Shown: one piece after another, positions 1 through 11,127 of the stretch
How the letters are laid out: each line of letters begins with the position of its first letter
Position numbering within the stretch: the stretch's first letter is position 1
Origin: Moniliella sp. 'wahieum'
Lineage: Eukaryota
DNA: 64,000 nt
Assembly (NCBI GenBank): GCA_003971905.1
Contig: RSEE01000004.1
Coordinates: 372,001 to 436,000 of the forward strand
Direction of reading: 5' to 3'
The notes under the pieces: generated by a model
What the model saw: only the letters and a program-made list of their open reading frames with translations
What the model was told of the DNA's origin: nothing
The model's database searches: none
Position numbers and translations under genes: made by a program

Positions 1-1250
1 CTTGCCTGGCTCGGACAGAACCTCAAATCGCAATGGGTCAGACGGGTCTGCATTCACGGTCGCGTACTGCAGGTTAATCGAACCGCGAATCTGGCGACCT
101 TGGTCCGATGGCGAGTGGTAGTAAGACAGGGCACCGTTCTCTAGAACAAACCACCGGGGCTTGTACCGCATATTGGTCAATTTCCCCAGCCAGCCTTTGA
201 ATGAGGGTGGTTTGATGGGGCCCGGCGACTGTTCATTTGGAACAGGCTCAAATTGGCGTTGCCCAGTTGACGCAAGAGGGCACGGAGACGCTCGTCCTTG
301 GTGGCTTCCAGACACGGCTGGCCGTCCCTGTCACCAGCAAAAACATCGGCCCCCTTGGCGGCGGCCAACTCGATCATGGCAGTGTCCTTGTAGCGGACTG
401 CAGCATGAAGCAAGGTGCCACCCGTCTCTGGCGAAGGCGCGTTGAGATCAAGGGCGCGGTACCGGTTGAGCGTTAGCAAATCGGTCAGCTTGTAGGCACC
501 TTCCTCGCGGGATGTCTCGTATAAAGTGAGCGCACGAAGGAAGGAGGCGTTGAGTTCGGCACGGGACACTTGGAACAAGCTCGCGATGCCAGGGTTGGCG
601 GCGACCTCCATCGGCTCTTGGCCTTGGTAGTTGCGGATCAAGTCGTCAATGTCGCGGCGCTGGAGCAGCTCTTTATGGCATCGGAACGTCCACAAATGCT
701 AGCAAGGTGGAGAGGCGTGTTACCATGCTGGATTTCCTGAGTGTTGACGTCGAGGTCTTGGTACTCAGCATGCGAGCAATGGTGGTGTCCTCGGCACAGC
801 GCATGGCAAGATGGAGGGGCGAGGTGAGCTCGGTGACTTCGGCGGCGGGTACGATGCCGATGGAATCGGAAGGGAGGGGGGGCAGGTCAGTGTTGACAGA
901 ACTGGCTGTGTTGGCACGCTTGCGGGTTTTGCGAGCAATGTGACGTGCGCGAAGAAGGAAAGGCTCGAGGACCTGCGGGTCGCCGGTGCGAAGGGCGTCG
1001 AGAAGCTTGAAGGAATAAAGGGTGTCGTTGACGCGTACACTCGCCGCCCGTGAAGGAGCAGCAGGAGCAGAATCGGGGGAAGCATCGGGGGCAGGGCTGG
1101 GGCAGAGTCGGGCGGCATCGGCGAGGGGTTGGTCACACCAGCGCCTGCTTCATGCTCCTCCGGCACGAGGGGGGGGTGGGAGCCACGGCGTGGGCTGGGG
1201 CGGGTGTTGATGGCCTGGCGGCTGGCGCGGTGGCGCATCTTGCTGTACAT
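1..1250 (-). CDS. OSH1: Oxysterol-binding protein, Osh1/Swh1 type (ankyrin repeats + PH domain); 3' part runs off the window
   Basis: Stitched minus frames give FKLLDALRTGD, ankyrin motifs (SPLHLAMRCA; GGTLLHAAVRYKDTAMIELAAAKGADVF) and a PH start FKGWLGK-TNM-YKPRWFVLENGALSYY...RGSINL. Start codon uncertain; frameshifted. Confidence 0.85.
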
Positions 1251-2556
1251 GGCCGCCGCGCAGAGGGGGTGGGGAGGAGGGGGTGATGGATGGCGATGGG
1301 GGCGATGGGCGATGGGGACGACGGCGGGCAGGCAGGCTCAACTCAGCATGGAGCTGGCTGTGCTGGCTGCTGGCCACCGTCCTGCGGATCTGAGATCTGA
1401 CGGGCTGACCGATGAGCACGAGTGAGCGCTGAGCCTCAGCGGTGTGCTGGACGGGCAGCTCAGCGTGGCTGGCGCCCTGCCGAGCCGCGCCTTCAGCGTG
1501 CATGCACCCATGTCACATGTCAGCCTGCTTAGCTTGGGCTCAGCGTGCGCGCGTGACGCTGAGCGCCCGGCCGCCTCAGCCCTGGCGAGCTCAGCCACGC
1601 AGTAACTCAGCGCTCCGCTGGCTAGTGGCTCAGTGTTGTTAACTGTGTTGAGACTCACGGAGTGCCTGGTGTTGTGTGGGCCTGCAACCAGGTCCCACCC
1701 ACCAGTTACTAGTAACTAGTAGCCCAGTCCCAGCGCCATCCCAGTGCGGCACTCAGACCGCGCACCCACCCGACCCCCCAGCCCCCGCCACGCGCGCGGC
1801 GAGCGCGTCGCTGACATCATCCTCTCTCCCGCCGCACAAAGGCGCTGCTGCTCCGTGGCCTGTTCTGCCTCAACCAACGCGCCGCGTTCTCGGCATCCAC
1901 CACGCCTGGTGATGGCCCGACGCGGCAACCCTGGCCAGCACCGCAGATCATGCATCATGCATCATGCATGTGCACCATGCCCCATAGCATCATGTGACTC
2001 TGTTGCGTGGCAGCCCTCTGGCTGAACGAAATGTTACCATCAACCTTTCTCATTTACCCCTCTCGCATCTCCGGCCTTTTGACGCGGCCAGCTCCTCCCT
2101 TGAGCGCTGGAGCCGAGGCAGCGTGCCCTACACTATCAAAAAGCACATCCCTCCCTCCAGCGCTGCAAGCGGTTGGGGCACGACCCGCGTGGGTCAAGCT
2201 GAAGATCCGAGATCTGCGAGCGTCTTCCATCTACCCCATCTCAACTTCTCTGCGCGAGACAAGCAGAATTTGCCGAGGCCCTTGTTTATTCGAACGAAAG
2301 AAAGATACATGGGGACTCAAGTGGAGACAGGCAAAAGTGTGGATGGTCCACGTCGCAAAGCAAAAAATGGCAATGATGGCCCTTGGCGTATGCGGGGAGG
2401 ATAGATCACGCTAGCCACTTCGCCGTTCAGCTCTTAAGGTCGCCCGTTAGAGAAAGGGGGGAGAAGATGGCTGTTAAAAGAGAGTCCGCGGAAGCGCCAA
2501 ATGCAGGAGCTTCCCAAAGCAGCAACAAAGGCTGGACCGCGCATGGCGCTCAGGGC

Positions 2557-3253
2557 TCAGGCCTTTGGCGGCGGAGCGTATCCAGCAGGAGGATAGCCCT
2601 GCGGCGCACCATACGGCCCTCCGGGCCCGCCGTATCCCCCCGCGCCAGCTAGAGGGGGAGTGAAAGATCCGCCTGCATCGGCGCGCCATTGACAGATTCC
2701 ACAGACCCAGATGTCGTGTGATTTGAATGGCTGCAGAGCAAACAAGGGGGTCAGCAATTGCGGTTTCCGGAAAAAGACACCACGTACGATCAAAGGAACC
2801 CAGCAGAGGGAGAACCATTGGCGGGTGCGAGCCGAAACAACTTGAGCATTGTGGCAACGCGGGCTGAGGATATGGGAGAGGGACAAGTCAGTATGGCGCG
2901 CAAGCGAGAAAAATGATTAACAAGCGCGGGGATGCATGGGACGTGGGGAGCAGAATAAGACGGACCAGACTGGGTAGTACACAAGGGACAGGAGAATCGA
3001 AAGCGGGTTAGTACAACGCCAGAGGGGGGAGGAGAGGCAGCGCACCATGGGGTGTTGTATCAGTCTGCTTGAGGTGCTCATCGCAGCCAAAGATGATTGG
3101 AATGCCTGTAAACAAGAAGAGCCATCATGCATCACGACGATGGAGGTCAGCGCGTCAGCCTCAGTGCCGAGTTACCATGAAGCTCGAGGCGTGCAGGTTG
3201 GAGCGGCCCCGCGACAGGTTAGCTTGCTGTTACGCACAGAAAAAGATGTCCAT
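2557..3253 (-). CDS. Small zinc-ribbon protein (zinc_ribbon_15-like, two CxxC) with Gly/Pro/Tyr-rich tail; 5 exons
   Basis: Exons 3253-3238, 3105-3046, 2969-2966, 2863-2788, 2730-2557 with GT..AG introns splice without frameshift to MDIFFCIPIIFGCDEHLKQTDTTPHVCPRCHNAQVVSARTRQWFSLCWVPLIPFKSHDIWVCGICQW...GYAPPPKA*. Confidence 0.85.
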
Positions 3254-3990
3254 TTCGGGGTTGGGCGATGGAGGTGGTAGGGTGGTGGTGGTGGTGGCGG
3301 CGAGGATGGCGACGGTGAAGCGAATCTGGGGCACCGGGCACTCTTGGGCAGCCGATCAAAACGCCAAGCGTCTTGTCGCAGCCAACCTTGGGGTCGCTTG
3401 CTGCTTGCTCGCGCACCCGACATCCCGGCGAGACTCGTGCTGTGCACACGTGATGAGTCCAGGGAACGGCTGCAGGGGGGCAGTCTTGTTCTCTGCGCCG
3501 CATTCCGCACTGTCCCTGTCTTCCGTCCCGCCGCTCTGCACCCCAGGTCTAGGGCCAGCAGGGGCGCTACTAGCAACGCCAGTCCAGTGTACGTTCACAT
3601 TTCGGTTTGAATTTGAAATTTGAACGTTGAACGTTTTGAATGTTTGAAATATCGTCTCCCTTGGTCCTACGCCTACTGGGCCTTGATGCATGATGATGGA
3701 CCAGGATGAGCCTGGCAGAGGCGACTCGTCCAGTCCGTCTCAGGACCCACCTCCACCAGCTACTCCTCACACTGCCATCGAGATTCCATCAAGTACTGCC
3801 TGCGGCGAAAATGCCACTATCGTACAACGCATTCTAAGACAGGATACCTCAGGGCACAGAAGGAACGACGGTCTTTCCGCGCTCGTCCAATGAATAACCA
3901 CAGAGAGAGGCATCCTACGCTCACGCCGGTGGTACAGTACAGTCCCAAGGGGTCAGATGGGGTGCTGCGCAACACATGACACACAGAGTG

Positions 3991-6162
3991 CTACACGTCC
4001 GGTTGGGAAGGCATGGGCACGTCCTCCGTCTGCGTAGTCGAAACATCGACCGACCTTCTGGGCCGATGCCCGGACAGCTTGCGCGCCAGGCGATTCACAT
4101 TTTCCGGTGCCTGCGCCGGCGCCCATCCTCATCAATCATCGCCTCCTTGATCATCGAAATCGTCGACTCAATTGACCGCCGTCGGTTGGATGGCGAGGAC
4201 ATGGTCGTACCCAGGGAGGAAGAGCGAGAGTGATGATGCGCGCCCGGAGGGCGGAAAGCGGTCTTTTGTCCACTCAGGTTGGCCTTTCCGCCGGCATTGG
4301 CAAAGGAAGCAAACGGGGCCGGCTTGGCTGGCGACGCTTCCGCCTCCGTCGAGGCGCAGCGGAAGTGACGGGTGAGGAGGGCGAGGCCGAGCCGGTCGGG
4401 GAGTCAGTCAAGACACTTGGCTCTGCCGAGTCGATCGACATCATTGCTGCCTCGGGCGAGTTGGCATCAAACAGATCGGGAGGCAAGCGCTCGTTCTCAA
4501 TGTCCACCTTGCGCGCGTCGTCAAAGCCGCGAATGTTGTCTTTGACTTCCTCGGCACCAAGTACGAGGCTGTCGTACGGCAAGCTCGTCTCGCCTGCCGC
4601 CGAGCGAAGTTCCGAAGACCGTTCGGTCTCTTCACGCAAAAGCGAAAACACACGGACATGCGCCCAACCGAGAGAATTTGTTTTTGATGGCGACCTGACG
4701 CTCGCCATGCTCATCGACAAAGGACTCCTCGTCGTCCACCTCGACGTCTTCATCGGTTGCCGGCACACCCTCGCCTTCTTCTTCTTCAGTTATGATGTCC
4801 TCCTCGTCTTCCTCTTCCAGTTCCTCCTTGGAGCAAATGTTGAGCAGAGAGATGAGCATGTCGGTAATCTTCTCCCCGACAAATGGGAGAGACCACGTAA
4901 AGACATCCATAAAGTTGGGAAGCCAGTAGGGGTGGGGGGAAGCATTGAACTGGCGAATGTTCATGACGTTGTTGTCGTACTTGAGCACAGCAGCCTTGTT
5001 GTTGTACACATCGAGGTAGTTGGGAGCCGAAAAGATCGTCATGACCGAAGGGAACCCGGTTGTCTTTGTTTTGCGATACATGCGATAGCCAGCGTCCTGC
5101 GCCTCGTGAGCTCGAATGACTGACAAAAGGTTGTTGCGCTCAAGGAACTGGCAGGTAGCAGCATAGGTAAAGAAGTAACTGCAACCGCGGACGTGGTTGT
5201 GGAGGAAGAGGTCGTTGGTCTTTTCCGAGCCAAAATCTTCACATGGGTCCGCCCAAAGGAGATCGCACATGAGGCCATGCGTCGGCGGTTCCCGGAAGCG
5301 GTTCAAATCCCGCAGATCGTCCAAAGTTTGCAGTTCGGGAGACAGCCACCATGATGCAGAGGAATTGCTTGTTCATCAATGCGCCAAGGGGTAGGGTGCA
5401 AAATGATTCCATACACTCATCGTAGATATGCTCTGAATACTTGTGCTTGCCTGAAAGAAGAAGAGTCCCGTAGAAAAAGAACATCGCAATCAGCAGCTGC
5501 GCGCAAAAGGGGCAGGAGGAGGGGGGGGGGAGAGGTCAGGTGAGTGTGACGTACATTCGAGTTTGAAGGTGAAGTAGTCGGTCAGTGGCGACACTCGTGG
5601 TTCCCGCGCAACAGGAACACCGATTCCGGGTAGCACATCTTAAGGGCCCACAGGTACAATACACACTCGATGGAGAAGTAGCCACGATCGACGTAATCAC
5701 CCAAGAACAAATACCTGTTCTCGGCTGGGTCACCTCCGACTTCAAACACTTCATCAAATCGTAGTACTGCCCATGAATGTCGCCGCAGACAGTGATGGGT
5801 GCGTCAACTTCGAGCAGATTAGGCTCGGTGCGGAGGAACTCAGTGGCACCATGAATGATAAAAAGTGCCTGCTCGTCGGTCAGACGCCCTTCGCGGTAAA
5901 GGTGGTTCTTGAGGAAAGCCAAGTCGGGCTTGGTGTGCTCAGGGTCAGCATAAAATTGCTCGTCGGTGGGTAGGTGAAAGGCAGGCGCTTGAACATCCTT
6001 GACAACACGCTCTTGGGTGGAGACCTCGGTGCCATCGTCGAGGACGTGGACAGTGAAGTCAATCTCGGGCTTGGGCAGTTCGCTTTTGCGCTGGATCTCA
6101 CCCAGGGCAGCGTGAAGATGCTCCTTGTGAGCCTGGGCCTGGGCCTGGTTGGAGGAGGCCAT
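3991..6162 (-). CDS. CNA1: Calcineurin catalytic subunit A (PP2B)
   Basis: Motifs [93 protein letters not shown] and autoinhibitory-like [16 protein letters not shown]. Intron 5554-5451 (GTACGT..CAG). C-terminal end approximate. Confidence 0.97.
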
Positions 6163-7571
6163 GGTGGCAGAACAATAAGGTGGTGATGAGAGTGGGATAG
6201 GGTGGGAGGCGTTGGCGCTGGTGTGGGTGTGGGTGCGGGTGCGGGTGTTGGTGGTGTTGGCGATGATGCTAGTCTGCTTGCACTTGCTCTTGCTCTTGGT
6301 TTGCCTTGATGTGGGTCCTGGTGGTTGCCGCTATTGCTGCTGTTGGCGGTGGCTAGTGGCTACCGCCCGTCCCGGCTTGTCGCACTCAGCCTCAGCAGTC
6401 AGCCATAGTCAGGCCTCAGGCAAAAACAGCAGGCGAGAGGCGCGTGGAGCAGCGAGCAGCAGCGGCTCTCAGTGCCGCCGTGCCAGCGCCCTGCGCTTAC
6501 GCCGCTCTTGTGCCCTTGTCGTGCGCTAGCCTGCCCAAGCTGCCACGCCCGACTGCCCCCATGCTGGATGGATCAACGCGCGGATTCGTATTGAGCGATA
6601 GGGTTGGCGCGGGGCGTTGAAAGCAATTACTAGCTACTCGGTGCTGCTACGTACAACTGTGGCTACGTAACGCCGACGCGCAACGCGTAAACATACAAAC
6701 AGCGTCGGCGAAGAAAGCGCCGCGGCCACATTGCCGGCACAAGTCACTGGTCATGCACATGTGGCTGATTATCGATCGCCTCTTTGTCTCCGCCCTCGTT
6801 TCCGACTCGCACCCGCACACCACCATTAAATACACACCCCATCGTCACACGACTGGCGTGGCTGCTGCTTAGCCTTAGCACTTAAGCCAAGGTATATCAT
6901 CTCAGATCTCATCTGCCTACCCATCGACCACGCAAAGGCCATGGTGATATGTGCCCCCGACAATGAGAGACGCAACGGTCAATTCCTATGTCGATCGCGC
7001 GCGGCAATTGATGATGAAGATAGTGGGGGCGGGGGCTCGTTGTGATCATATGACTTTTTTTGTACCAGCAAGCACGCTTTTTTGTTCTTTTGTGACATGC
7101 AGGACATGTACCGCAAGAAGAGAGGTCGGTTCACCCAGTGGTACTTGAACTAATATACCCCCAGGAAAGCTATATAGCATTGGGAAAAATGAGTGATGCC
7201 ACTGGTTCCTGCACACATGAGGTATTTTGCGGGAGACGAAACACCACAGCAGATTGTGGTTTGCTTGAGCCTTTTTGCTGGCTTTACATGATGCATGACA
7301 GGGGAATGATTGATGTCTGTCTCTTCTTTCGCCCATCTCATCACTATAGCACAGCTGTTGGCTAATAGCATCAGCGCTCTTCGATTGACAGACATCCGTC
7401 GTATAATTATTGTATCAACAAACATTACCAAGAAGGGAGGAGATCATGCCGATCATGCAACTATGCATGTGCCATGGATGCCTCCATGATTGTTGGGAAG
7501 ATTGATCCGACAGCGTTGAACGTTGACCAGGTGAGCGTTAAACAGTAGATTGATCATCACATAAAACAACA

Positions 7572-9688
7572 TCAAGCTCTGCTTGACCGATAAGTCTGAG
7601 TCGATTGGCAACGCCTTCTCTTCAGACAAGAGAAATTGTCTGGTTGATAGATATGCCCAACCTGGGTTGGACGAAGCAGCCGACGTTGGTGCCCGTTGTC
7701 CCAGAGCACCACGCACAACCTTGACGATCAAACCGCGTCCTTCCCAGGGGGGCAGAACCAACACATAAAGAGTTGTAACCACCGTGCCCAACAGCACCAC
7801 CACCCACCCGTAGAAGAAGGCACGAGAAAAGATGTAGCGTGAGCCATACAAGGCGAAGGGAACCAGCCCCCAAGCCACAAGGAAGGTCACTGCACTAACC
7901 GCCCCTGCCAGAATGGCAAGGCGACGCAAACGGTTGTCGTCTTGAGGAGGAATATCAACATTGACCGAATCGAGCGAGTCCAACGTCAGCTTTTCCGTTA
8001 ACTCGGACCACTGGAACGTATGTTTAGAAGGAAAAGCAAAAAAATGATGGGAGAGAGAATGGCAGGGAGACAGGCCGCGATAATAGTACCGTACAGACAA
8101 GGTGTAAGTTCACCAGCCGTGGCGACGGATACGGTCCATGTGCCGCTGTAGTACGCGCTCAGTGTGAGCCAAGACGCCATTCCGGCAGCCACGCCACAGA
8201 GAGGAGCAATGATGGCTGCCGCTTTGGTTTGCCCCCGCCAGAGAACGGTGAGTACAAGAGGGACCATCCCGGGTGGTGACGATCCCCAGCATGTACAGAA
8301 GCCATGTCAAATTGAGATTGATCTTCCACAACGCAATGCTTACCCCTGTTCCTACCAGGGCAAAGAGTACCACACATGAGTTGCAATGATTGTCTCCCTC
8401 TCCGACGCACGGGGACGGCTGTAAAAAGGAATGAAAACGAACATCAGAGAGTTAGTCAGGACAGTTAATATTCCTAAAAGGTTTGCGGGGCACGGAATAG
8501 GGGAGAAAGACATACACGTAACGCATCAAGTCCTCTGCAAAAATTGTCCCCGACGCCACAAATTCAGCGCTGGTGCTGCGACGTAACAGCCTGGTAGATC
8601 ATCCAGAGCAATGCAAAGCAGCCTCCCTTGCCCGCGACTGAAAAAACAGTGTAAGCTAGTGGCATTCCGTTGTTGATCTCCGACTCGGTAAGGGGCCGAT
8701 CAACGGGCCAAAGGGGGGAATCAGAGGTAGATAGTGCCACAGCGGACAGGCCCATAACTCCTCCCAAAAGAATGGGAACGGGAAAGTAAAGAAAAGAACC
8801 AAGAAGATAAGCTGGTACCACATTTGAGGGACCAGCGGCATAGGCTTTTTGCCAATACGAGTCATCCAGACAGACAAGTCCGGCATTGCCCAACAAGTGA
8901 ACAGTAGCAAACTTGAGGGCATCCGGGGAGGTAAAGGAAAGGTAGGAACCTTTTCTGTTGCCATCCACGGGTTTGATATTGGCCGCGTTTGAAACGAGCT
9001 GGAAAAGGCCATCGACCGAGCCAATGGCATCGCTGGCAAGCGTTTTGGAAACAAGGTAAAGAACAATAATCAGAAGACTGGCGGTGTGGAGGTAATCAGC
9101 AAGGAATGTAGATTTGAGCCCTCCAGTGAGGACAAAGAAAACCGTGGCAGCAGGAACTAGCCAGAGACTGGCCATAGTATCGATTCCCGTCAGCGCCGAG
9201 ATGGTAGCTGAAGCAGCCAGTGCCATGTTGATGTAGGCAATTAGGTTGTTTGCCAAGGCAAGAATACAATAAAGAATGTGCGCCATAGTTCCATACCTGA
9301 GCCGAACCACTTGCAAGATGGTCAAAGCACTTGGGGTACGTCTCTTGGATTGGACAGCAGCCAGGGAAAAGAAAGCAATTTGGACGATACAACCAGCACC
9401 GAACCAATAGGCACCAGCAAAGCCGAAGTTGTATGTCACCACTGTTGAACCAAGTAGCGCATTGGGCCAGAGCCATGAAGCCAACACCGCCGTTGTTGTC
9501 AATCCCGTTCCCACACGGCGCCCGGCAACGGCAAACGTCTCAATGGAATTGTTATTTTCTCCATTGAACTTCTTGAGCCAATAGGTGCAGAGCAGCATTA
9601 GCAACGCATAACCTGCACCCAGTCCGACAAGGACACCGTACCCAGCGCCCTGAGAAAGGGGGGCAGATACTGTATCGCTGAAGCCCAT
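7572..9688 (-). CDS. DUR3: Urea/polyamine active transporter, DUR3-like (sodium:solute symporter family)
   Basis: N-terminus PLSQGAGYGVLVGLG, ETFAVAGRRVGTGLT, GGLKSTFLADYLHT, DGNRKGSYLSF, DDSYWQKA, many TM helices, C-terminal YIFSRAFFYGWVVV. Intron 8515-8419 (GTATGT..CTAAC..CAG). Stop position uncertain (~7450-7620). Confidence 0.9.
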
Positions 9689-10040
9689 TGTACCACAACT
9701 TCAGAAACGGTGGAGGGCCTAAGCCAAGAAGATGGGCTGGGGAGAGACTACTTCTTCTCCAGGCTCCCATCGCTCGCGCGGCCTTTCATATATGGCAGAA
9801 AGGCGTCCGGTGGCAAGTATTGGAGATCCCAAATCCCACAATCAGTAGCCCCGACTCACTTCTGAAGGAGGTTAACTCGTCGCCTCCTGTTGCAGGAGGC
9901 GGCCTCCGGCCCTATCTTCCATGCGCACGCCACCGCTTCGACCGACGTTGCTTATATCCATGGTACGGTATATAGACCCTTTATTCATCAAATCTGACCG
10001 CCCAATCCTGTGGACGGTATGTGGCATAGCACAGTAATAG

Positions 10041-10687
10041 GATAATAGTCACTTCGAACACCTCCCCGCATGTCCAGTTCTCCGGCAGCAGCTCTTCGGA
10101 ACATGTTCGTCCTACCTGTTTCTGATTGAGGGAGAGAGCGATGCGGTTATCAACGTTTCAGTATAGTCGCTATATACATCAGCTGCTAACACGCAAGAGG
10201 GGCGGATCTCGACTTTCGTTGTTCTTTCAAGTGTATCCCTTTCTTATTCTACTACTCTCTCCATCTGCCAGGTTTTTGCATCATCCGCGTCACCGTGTCT
10301 TCTCAAAAGAGGCCCCCTTTTGCTTCCCTTCCCTTTTCCCGACGAAATGTTGTGATGCCGCGCATCTGGCTGATGGAGTATGATGTCTTCTTCACAACCT
10401 CATATCTTCGCCCCTCCCCCTTACACATACACCCACCTGTTTCCTTTGCAGTTAGTACTACCTCTCTCTTGAGAAGATCACATTTTCTTTCCTCTAGTCC
10501 TCCCAGATTTTCTCCGTCCCCTCTCGTCAGCGCATCAACCATACCTGTATCTGTGTTATCTCCATTGTGAACGTGTCTCGGGAGCCGATGTTCAACGACT
10601 CCTAAATGTGAGTTGTATATGGAGACCTGCAGGACAGAGGAGATGGCATCTACTCAGTAAGTACTCACACTATAGTCATCCGTTATC
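10041..10687. promoter_or_regulatory. GATAA sites upstream of DUR3 (possible AreA/Nit2-type nitrogen regulation)
   Basis: GATAA at 10041; TTATC at 10147, 10556 and 10683. Fungal urea transporters are typically GATA-regulated, but the motif is short. Confidence 0.3.
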
Positions 10688-11031
10688 CAAGCGAAGACGT
10701 GCTGGAATGGCGCTGCAAAAGGAGAAGATCTACTAAATTTCAAAAGTGTGTGCGGTCCGATGTACATGTAAAGACGCGAGGTCATCGGAAGCACGCCAGA
10801 TGGCGGTGAAGTGATGCATGCCAGGAAGCTCTTATTCAATCAATGCCTGAGGCGGAGGAGAAATTGACCAGTCCTTTGTTGGCGATGAACATTCTAGTAG
10901 AACGTTACTTGACCATTGCATTAGAACGAAATGCAAGCACACCAGAGCTGGCTTCACGTAACTCAAATCTTGACGTCAAATGTGGTACTTGATAGGTGAA
11001 GAACTAATTGACGTGGGCGTGAACAACGAAT

Positions 11032-11127
11032 GGCAATGTGCCCGAGCGGTTAAGGGGATTGATTAGAATTCTGGTTCTAACCATCAATTAGGCTCTGCCT
11101 GCACAGGTTCGAATCCTGTCATTGTCG
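11032..11127 (+). tRNA. tRNA-Ser(AGA) with 14-nt intron
   Basis: Acceptor GGCAATG/CATTGTC+G; anticodon stem ATTGA/TCAAT with AGA at 11065-11067; intron 11069-11082 (TTCTAA can pair with TTAGAA); long variable arm AGGC-TCT-GCCT; GGTTCGAATCC T-loop; T-run downstream. Confidence 0.95.

Noticed and set aside
2061..2085. Resemblance of CTCCGGCCTTTTG to the U2 snRNA 5' end
   Set aside because: There is no GTGTAGTA branch-recognition sequence or other U2 structure following it.
2474..2556. CYSTM-like CCCF tail on the minus strand
   Set aside because: It lies after the clean stop (2557) of the fully spliced zinc-ribbon gene, so it is probably 3'UTR.
4230..5123. Long + strand ORFs opposite genes (also 24824-25741, 26207-27112, 27314-28078)
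   Set aside because: These are antisense shadows of GC-rich coding sequence with no independent motifs.
7572..10000. TPP riboswitch, as known in some fungal DUR3-like transporter introns
   Set aside because: The single intron (8515-8419) is short and ordinary. The CTGAGA near 9650 is antisense, within the CDS and lacks the rest of the aptamer.
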